A DNA stretch of 64,000 bases, taken from Gnetum montanum (taxonomy: Eukaryota; Plantae; Gnetophyta). Both the position numbers and the translations under genes were made by a program. Location: positions 164,537 through 228,536 of the forward strand of contig MNCI01000189.1 of assembly GCA_015680685.1 (NCBI GenBank). Reading direction: 5' to 3'. Shown piece after piece: positions 55,201 through 64,000 of the stretch; the stretch's first letter is position 1, and each line of letters opens with the position of its first letter. The notes beneath the pieces are model-generated. The model saw only the letters and a list, made by a program, of their open reading frames with translations, was not told the DNA's origin and did no database searches.

Positions 55201-58200
55201 CTACTGACTGAACATAGAAATTAAAATCGTGCCTTTCAAGCATCAAGATGTAATCTGAACCGGGTTTCCGAGCACGTCCTCTGGATTGTATATATGCCAG
55301 TACAGTTTTCGCAAGGTCAAACCATATTACAACATTGCACTGCCTAATGTCAAGACCTTCCTCTGCCACGCTTGTGGCTACCAGCAATGTTACCTAGCAT
55401 CGCAAACATAGTTCAGCCCTGCAAAAACACAATTACCAATTCAAGTGTAAAAAATTCCTAAGAAACACTTTATTTTGAATTACCCGCCCATCTCTAAATT
55501 TTGAAATTGTTTCGTTCATCTGTCGTGTCCGCATTTCCTGATTGTTATTGTGCCCAATCAGACTTGCGCATTTGATGAAATTTAATGAGGGCAACTCCGC
55601 AAAAACCTATCCATTTGATATTATGGTTCAGAAACACATCCTTATTAGATAGTTGTCCGGAAACATTGCCATTTAGAGATGATGAATACCAGAAAAATCA
55701 CACATTGTGGTACAAACCTTCGGCAAAACAAGCGCAGACACAACTCGCTCGACAAATACAATGGCACGGAAATCTTCGGTGTGTTGATACTTTAAAAGGA
55801 TTTTAATTAATGATTGTACTTTGGGAGTAACTTTACCATCTGCTACAGCAGCCCCAATAACCTCATCAACGTGTTCACCACCAGAAACGACTGCACACAC
55901 CGACTGGTTCATAAGCTAACCATAACGCTACACTTGTTTCTAATTTGTTTTTTAAGAAAGAGAAAAACAAGCATGTCACCAAAAACAAACATAATTTGCA
56001 CAAAGTATGTTTACCACCTTTGGAATCAACAAGTTCGCCCTCTTCTACTTCATCTCTGGATCCTTCCTCTGACGGAAGGCTCTGATCCTGTTCTTCAGAA
56101 GGATTGTTATTACAGGATACTGCTCCTTCTGCCAATTCACACTGTAAGAGAGAAACAACTCTTTTCAAATATGATTCTTGAAACTTCACATCCAGTTGAT
56201 GATTTGCCCTTTCAGCATTCTGTAAAGCTGTCAAAAATGACTGGGAAACCTAAAATCACGGGTGAAACCAATTAAAACACAGCACAGTACGCAAACATAG
56301 AAATTTTTCACTAAGAGTCAAAAATAGAAGGATTAGTAATAATCTTCTCCATGCAAATAATTAGCTACCTTGTATGCACACCATTGTCCAAGTTCATCAA
56401 GAGCATACTTTATAGCCCTTAACTTTTGTACTAAATGGGCAGCGCCGTCACTCTCTGTTCTTTCTGACACGCCATAAACAAGCCATTCCTCTTCTTTGTA
56501 GCCTGCATCTCTTGCTCCCATTAACTGCCACTTGCTCCTCTTAGAACTGGAATGGGCAGCTTTTTCTACTTCTGCTTCCATTTGTTTTATTTGTTCATGT
56601 AAAGACCACAATATGGCTGCTTTGTCATATTCTACCACAACTTCTAGAGGCATGGGAACATGCTTTTCAAGCTCCTTTCGATCTTTAATTGTGCATACAA
56701 TGGAATCTAGTTTGCTTTCTAGATTCCTTATTTTTATGGCACAGTCTTCTTGATTTGATACTCCTGCATTGCAGACACCACAGAAACTAGGTTATTCACC
56801 TACTTCAATAACGCCCATAACAGAATAAGTCGCAAAGCAACCTACCTTTTAAGTTGACAGGGGACGCTGTCATGCCAAATACAGCAGGCCTTTTTTCCTT
56901 TGTAGTAGTATGATAGAATTCTGACATTACTAATGAATATGGATGTTTTTTCACGGCATGATGACATTCGTCAAGAATAAGCAGATGAATGGCTTCCATT
57001 TTTATAATGCTATGCCGCAAAATATTCAGAAGAATTTGTGCAGTCATAACCAGCACCTGTAAGTACAAAAATGGCATGGCATAAAACACATTAAAGTCAA
57101 AAAATGCATTAAGTCACAAGGAGTGAGGCAGTATAGAAATACTCTTTGACCCTGATAGAATTTTATTTCCGTGAACTCATAGTCATCAAAAAGAAATTTC
57201 AATTAGAGATGATTAGCATTGGCTGATAAGAACACATTGTTATACAAAATTAAGCTTTAAAATAATGTTCTAACCCTCAAAGAGATCGATTAAAAGAGCA
57301 GAATCAAGCAACAGCATATGAGTATGAAAACAATCAACATCTATGAAATAAAATGGCATACCTCCCTTGACTCAAACTCCCTTTGCCATCTTCGTGCATC
57401 CCAAAAATCTTGACCCATCTCTCCACAGTAGTGTCCAACATTGAACCGGGTCTTGTTCCGGATCACCTCCGCTTGCTGACAAGTCAAAAGAAACAACAAA
57501 ATGGTATAATTATCCGCGTTAGTTGTAAGGCAATAATCCTTACTGGCCAATCAGAAATTCGTTAAGGCATTAGTAAGCAAATTCAATGACCTCCAAGCGC
57601 ACTATAAAGAGAATAGTGCGGGACTTCTGTACCTACCTGATAAACTAAAGGAACTTTTGGAACTAAGAATACAGCCAGCATTCTTTTGTTCTCCTCGCGC
57701 ATTTTATAGCAAACACTTTTCATCAAAAGAACAGCAATAAGGGTTTTTCCTGCACCTGTTTCAAGAAATGCGATAGTATTCTTTACTTTTGCCTGCTCTA
57801 AAACTTCAATCTGATAACCCCGTGCCTGATCTTCCGGGGCAATTTCTCGATGTTCATCTGAAGCATTTTCAGAGGGCGAAGTTTGCTTGGAAGGTGAATC
57901 CTTTTCTTTCAACCTAGCTCTTTCCCTTTCCGCAACGGCATCCCTGCTACCATAATGAAAACCCATTTTCCCGGACTTATCTTTTTCCCAATATCCTCGT
58001 CGTCCTTCTCTGTCCCTTCTATCATCCCTGGTGCGTCCGTCGTACTCCTTTTCCCATTCCCGATCCCTCTTTCTGTCAATCCTTCCTCTGTCTCCAGAAT
58101 CGCAGACCCTAACTGTTGGAAACAACTAACTGAAGCGGTAGATCACAGCAATGAACTAGCAGTTGCTTATTCATGAACTGCACTTTTCCTTTCTATTGTC

Positions 58201-61200
58201 CGATAGTTTTTTTCCAATTTTGTAACCTGGCGTCATAAATCGTCAAAGTTAAGAGTTCTCCCATTGCATGAGAGAGAGGCTTCTTCTTATTCTCTCCTTG
58301 TGATGAAGAGAGAAGCTTGTTATTTCCATTGTTGATAATAAGATTTTTCTGCAATTACCTGTCGGCCAACTGCTCTTTATTTTCATCTCATTTCATATTT
58401 TGCTGCCAGATCTGCTAACAGTGGTATCGAAGCTTTCAGGTTCATAGTCCGAGGAAGTGTTGCAAATCGTACATACCAATTTTTCAAAATGGCTGGCAAA
58501 TACGAAATAGAGAAGTTCAATGGAAGCAACTTCACATTGTGGAAAATAACGATACAGGCAATTCTGTGTAAAGATAATTGCCTGGCAGCGATTGGAGCAA
58601 GGCCGCAAGAGGTCACGGATGATGACAAGTGGAATGAAATGGATGGAAATGCTATTGCTAATTTACACTTAGCATTGGCAGATGGAGTTCTTTTAAGTAT
58701 TGCAGAAAAGAAGACGGCAAAGGAAATATGGGACACTCTGACCAAGCTATACGAGGCTAAATCACTCCACAACAAAATCTTCTTAAAGAGAAAATCTTCG
58801 TATGGCAGAAACCTCATCGGTAACTGACCATATCAACACCCTAAATACTTTATTTGCTCAACTCACATCGTTGGGCTATAAAGTAGATGCAGGTGAACGT
58901 GCAGAAATTCTACTTCAAAGTCTACCTGATTCATATGATCAACTCATCATCAACTTGACCAACAATGTCCTTATGGATGATCTTGTCTTTGACGAGGTTG
59001 CACCTGCAGTTCTTGAAGAAGAAAGTCGATGCAAGAATAAGGAAGATAGGTTGGCAAACAAGGTGGAGGCCTTAACAATGGTGAGAGGAAGATCCATGGA
59101 ACGTAATTCCAAGTGGAACCAAATTCATCGTAGATCCAAGTCAAGAAGTAGAAAGAAAATCATCACTTGCTACAACTGTGGCAAAATAGGACACCTAAAG
59201 AAGTGTTGGAGCAAGAAGAGAAATGAAAAGAATCCTCAAGGGAATGTGGCAAGTACCTTATATGACGGTGATGTTCTATACAGTGAGGCAACTATTGCTG
59301 AAGGCAGACAAAAGCTCATTGATGCTTGGATCTTGGATTCAGGAGCAACATGGCACATGACCTCTCGAAGAGAATGGTTTTATCACTACAAACCAATCTC
59401 AGAAGGATCTGTGTACATGGGAAATGATCATGCTTTGAAAATCGTTGGTATTGGTACTGTCAAGATAAAGATGTATGATGGCACTATTCGCACCATACAA
59501 GAGGTACGACATGTGGAGGGCCTGAAGAAAAATCTACTGTCTTTAGGACAACTAAATGATGTTGGGTGCAAAACTCGTATAGAGAATAACATCCTGAAGA
59601 TTACCAAAGGTGCGCTTGTGGTAATGAAGGCAGAAAAGGTTGCTGCAAATCTGTACATGCTTATGGGGAACACACATTAAGTGGGAGAGTCTTCTGTTGC
59701 ATCAACTAGTTTGGAAGAAGAATCGACGATGTTGTGGCATCGAAAGCTTGGTCATATGTCAGAACAAGGTTTGTAGATTCTCTCTAAACAGAAACTACTT
59801 TTTGGGCTCAATTCGGTTTGTTTACCATTTTGTGAGCATTATGTTACTAGTAAGCAACACAGATTAAAGTTTAGCACATCAACTGCTAAAAGTAGAGGCA
59901 TTTTGGACTTGCTGCACTCTGATGTTTGGCAAGCACCAGTGACTTCCCTAGGAGGAGCAAGATACTTTGTATCTTTCATTGATAATTTCTCCAGGAGATG
60001 TTGGGTGTACCCAATCAAAAGAAAGGCAGATGTCTTTTCAGTCTTCAAAGTTTTTAAAGCGCAAGTAGAACTTGAGTCCGAACAAAGGATCAAGTGTCTA
60101 AGGACAGATAATGGAGGAGAATATAAAACTGATGCATTTAATGCATCTTGTCAATAAAAAGGCATTAAGAGGTAGTTCACAGTGGCACACACTCCTCAAC
60201 AAAATGGAGTGGCAAAACAGATGAATAGAACCTTGTTGGAAAAAACAAGATCAATGTTGAAAGCTGCAGATCTAACCAAGTCTTTTTGGGCAGAAGCAGT
60301 TAATACGGCCTGCTATTTAATCAATCAGTCTCCATCAACTGCGATTGATCTAAAAACACCAATAGAAATGTGGACTGGTAAGCCAGCTGTTTATTCTCAT
60401 CTCCATACATTTGGAAGTTCTGTGTATGTGATGTACAGTGACCAAGAAAGATCAAAGTTGGACCCAAAGTCCAGGAAATGTATCTTCTTAGGGTATGCTG
60501 ATGGAGTTAAGGGGTATCGCCTGTGGGATCCCACTACCCGCAAGGTTGTCATCAGCAGAGATGTGATATTTGTAGAAGATAAAATGCAAGAGAAGGGAGA
60601 TGCTAGCACTTCAAAGGAGAATTCAGAGACTACTAAAATTCAGGTAGAAGATAAGACAAAAGTTGAAGATCCAGTTCCTTTTGAAGCAACATCAATGTGT
60701 GAAGAGACAGGACCAGTCAAGTTTGAAGCTAATGAAGTTCGTCGGTCATCTCGGGTAAAAAGATCACCAACTTGGCACTCAGATTATGTTACTGAAAGTA
60801 ATGTTGCATATTGCCTTTTAACGGAGGATGGAGAGCCCTCAACTTTACATGAAGCTCTCAAAAGTCCAGATGTGTCTTTGTGGATGGTAGCAATGCAAGA
60901 GGAGATTGAAGCTTTACACAAAAACAAGACATGGGATCTTGTTACACTACCACAAGGAAGAAAGGCTATTGGAAACAAATGGGTCTACAAGATCAAACGT
61001 GATAGTAATGACCAAGTGGAGCGATATCGTGCAAGATTGGTGGTAAAGGGATATGCTCAAAAAGAAGGAATTGACTTCAATGAGATATTTTCTCCTGTGG
61101 TTAGACTTACAACAGTCAGAGTAGTCCTAGCAATGTGTGCTACATTTGATCTACATCTAGAACAACTAGATGTGAAAACTGCTTTTCTGCATGGAGATCT

Positions 61201-63064
61201 TGAAGAAGAGATTTATATGCTCCAACCAGAAGGTTTTGTAGAAGAAGGCAAAGAGAACTTGGTTTGCAGGTTGAACAAATCTCTGTACGGTCTCAAACAG
61301 GCACCAAGGTGTTGGTACAAGAGATTTGACTCGTATATCATGAGCCTTGGGTACAATAGACTCAATGCAGACCCTTGTACGTATTTCAAGAGGTTTGATG
61401 AAGATTTCATCATTTTGCTATTGTATGTGGATGACATGTTGGTTGTAGGTCCCAACAAAGAGCAAATCCAAGAATTGAAGGCACAGTTGGCTAGGGAATT
61501 TGATATGAAAGACTTGGGACCAGCAAACAAGATTCTAGGGATGCAAATTCACCGAGACAGAAATAACAAGAAGATTTGGCTTTCTCAGAAAAATTACTTG
61601 GGTAAGATCTTGCGACGCTTCAACATGCAAGATTGTAAGCCAATTTCTACCCCACTTCCTGTTAATTTCAAATTATCCTCCGAGATGTGTCCTAGCACTG
61701 AAGTAGAGAGGAATGCGATGTCTCGCATACCATATGCATCAGCAGTGGGAAGCCTAATGTTTGCTATGATTTGTACAAGACCAGACATTGCACAAGCAGT
61801 GGGAGTAGTCAGTCGGTACATGGCAAACCCTGGACGAGAGCATTGGAGTACTGTTAAGAGAATCCTGAGATACATTAAGGGTACCTCAGATGTTGCATTA
61901 TGTTATGGAGGATCTGAATTTACTATTAAAGGTTATGTGGATTCAGATTTTGCAGGTGATCCAGATAAAAGAAAATCTACTACAGGTTATGTGCTTACAC
62001 TTGCAGGAGGAGCTATTAGCTGGGTATCAAGATTGCAAACAGTAGTCGCATTATCTACAACAGAAGCAGAATACATGGCAACTGCCCAAGCTTGCAAGGA
62101 AGCAATTTGGATTCAAAGGTTGTCAAAGGAGCTTGGACACAAACAGGAGAAGATTTCTTTGTTTTGTGATAATCAAAGCACCTTACATATTGCAAAGAAT
62201 CCAGCTTTTCATTCTAGGACTAAACACATAAGTGTACAATTTCACTTTGTTCGTAACGTAGTAGAAAATGGAAGTGTGGCTATGCAGAAGATACACACCA
62301 AGGATAATCTTGCAAATGTTCTGACCAAGCCGATTAACATGGACAAGTTTTCCTGGAGTAGATCCTCATATGGCCTAGCAATAACATAGAATGATCAGGT
62401 AGAAAGGATGGTGTGAAGATATGATTGATCCTTAATCAAAATCTCCAAGTGAGAGATTGTTGGAAACAACTAACTGAAGCAGTAGATCACAGCAATGAAC
62501 TAGCAGTTGCTTATTCATGAACTGCACTTTCCCTTTCTATTGTTCATGAACTGCACTTTCCCTTTCTATTGTCCGATAGTTTTTTTAATTTTCCTTAAAG
62601 ATAACATAAGACTTTTAAAGGTGTTGTGAAGTTCTATTTCAGTTAATTTTTTATGTTTCCAATTTTGTAACCCGGTGTGGCTATTTAAGTCTGCCCGGTG
62701 ATCCGTCATAAATCATCAGAGTTAAGAGTTCTCCCATTGCATGAGAAAGAGGCTTCTTCTTATTCTCTCCTTGTGATGAAGGGAGAAACTTGTTATTTCC
62801 ATTGTTGATAATAAGATTTTTCTGCAATTAGCTGTCATCCAACTGCTCTTTATTTTCATCTCATTTCATATTTTGCTGCCAGATCTGCTAACACTAACTC
62901 CAAAATTCCTTTCATGACTAGTGTCTCTACTGCGCTTGCATCTTCCATCCATGTCTCCATGACTATCGATGGATCCTGACCTCTCCCTCTTGGTGCCACA
63001 GTAACTCTGCCGTCTTTCTTCTTCATAGTATCGCTTCTTCATAGTATCGCGCCGCCGGCTCCAT
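49272..63064 (-). CDS. DCL1: DICER-LIKE 1 endoribonuclease (DExD helicase, DUF283, PAZ, RNase IIIa/b, one dsRBD); first exon split by a copia insertion, functional status uncertain
   Basis: Exons (minus): 63064/63042-62894 + 58108-57637, 57475-57362, 57056-56846, 56763-56369, 56249-56015, 55890-55718, 55606-55484, 55393-55233, 55134-54901, 54813-54663, 53795-53610, 52455-52291, 52187-52092, 52002-51377, 51285-51185, 51094-50904, 50809-49895, 49797-49633, 49547-49272. Motifs [57 protein letters not shown]. Confidence 0.95.
58114..62893 (+). mobile_element. Ty1/copia LTR retrotransposon (Tnt1/Tork-like), antisense inside DCL1 coding exon 1
   Basis: LTRs 58114-58420 and 62458-62893 (TGTT..AACA). 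Perfect TSD CTAAC (58109-58113, 62894-62898). PBS TGGTATCGAAGC (tRNA-iMet type) at 58422; PPT at 62447-62457. Confidence 0.97.
58489..62389 (+). pseudogene. Copia gag-pol (gag, CCHC, PR, INT, RT, RH), disrupted
   Basis: [51 protein letters not shown]. Frameshift near 58800 and stops near 59678, 59774, 60155 and 60173. Confidence 0.95.
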
Positions 63065-63737
63065 GATAACGAACACCAAAACGACAGGTTACCTACGAAA
63101 GCAAACGACCGAATCAGTATCACTTTTAAGTAGACTGAAGTTCAGCACATTAGCCCTAGTTTTAGAAATTTCCATATCAAAGTACCACGGCTGCCGACAC
63201 AGGTGAAGGATTACCCCTGCAAACGGGCCACAAAATTCTGAAAAAGCTAAAATAAAGCTATTTTAATTTTGTTATTCACTGCACTTTCCTTAATCATGCT
63301 GGTTGCTGCCAAAGGGAGCGGCAGCTACTAACTGTATCAGACAAGCAGAATCAAATCGTTTTCGTTAGAAAGCTAAGGAAAGAGCATCTAAATACGGCTA
63401 CAGTTAAAATTCAGCTCATCCTGAGAGCTCAGAAAAAACGAAGCATCTGAAAATTACTTGCAGCACACAAAGCAGTTCAAGCATTTTCCATTTGTTCGAA
63501 CTCGGAATAAAGCAACCGAAGCAGTTAAGCATTTAGGAAAAGAAAAACAAGGAAAGGCTCACTTACCCTAACACAGAAAGAGGCACGCGTTGCAGCTGCT
63601 ACACACAAACAAACTTCGCACCAAAATCAAAAAATGCAAAACAGAAAAAGTTTCAAATTCAAAGGCGGAGGCGGCAGCAGCCATGATCACCCATAAACAG
63701 CCGATCGGAAGCGTGCAGAGGCGCTCGTCAAAAGCTG

Positions 63738-63852
63738 CTGCGGAAGAATCCTCGAGGAATCATACCATAAAGGTTCCATCGTCATCGATCAACATCAGCG
63801 GCAGCATAAGGAAAAACATTTATGGTATGATCGATCGGAGATTCGCCCGCAG
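63738..63852 (-). ncRNA. Candidate pri-miRNA-like hairpin in the DCL1 5' leader region
   Basis: Perfect 13-bp core (63759-63771 / 63819-63831) inside a stem of about 45 bp. G:U pairs favour the minus (DCL1) strand. A 21/21-nt duplex with 2-nt 3' overhangs can be drawn. Confidence 0.6.
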
Positions 63853-64000
63853 ACGGAGAGTTTTGCTCCGTTTCTCCGAAATTCAGCCGCGCACCAATAA
63901 ATCAAGCAAAACAAAGCCGAAATCGCAACCAGCAGCACAACAACTCCCGCGCAAGAACAAGACAACAACAGGAGAGAGAGAGAAACCAGGCCAGTCTGGC

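Noticed and set aside
63026-63064. 16-bp duplication as a frame compensator for copia splicing at the CAG acceptor
   Set aside because: The shifted frame from ATG 63064 hits TGA after 13 codons.

Overview
Repeat-rich land-plant nuclear DNA, probably from a non-flowering lineage (inferred only), with one assembly gap (43348-44258). 1-48.2 kb is a nest of LTR retrotransposons. An old Athila-like element is interrupted by an old Ty3/gypsy Tat-type element (2033-34964). That element is in turn interrupted by a younger, 17.5-kb relative (6937-24463). Further right are solo LTRs and LINE/SINE remnants. Both Tat-type elements have protease and RT separated by about 5 kb. This spacer holds an antisense gene of at least 8 exons and about 1000 aa, with splice sites conserved between the two copies, and both elements carry short-motif arrays. 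49.3-64 kb holds a minus-strand DICER-LIKE 1 gene with 19 coding exons traced by eye. A Tnt1-like Ty1/copia element sits in its first coding exon; the TSD reads GTTAG on the gene strand, making the insertion a GT..AG unit. The gene lacks the second dsRBD and has no intact miR162 site. It has a 115-nt pri-miRNA-like hairpin in its 5' leader region, a candidate new DCL1 autoregulatory element. All alignments, folds and exon calls were done by eye.
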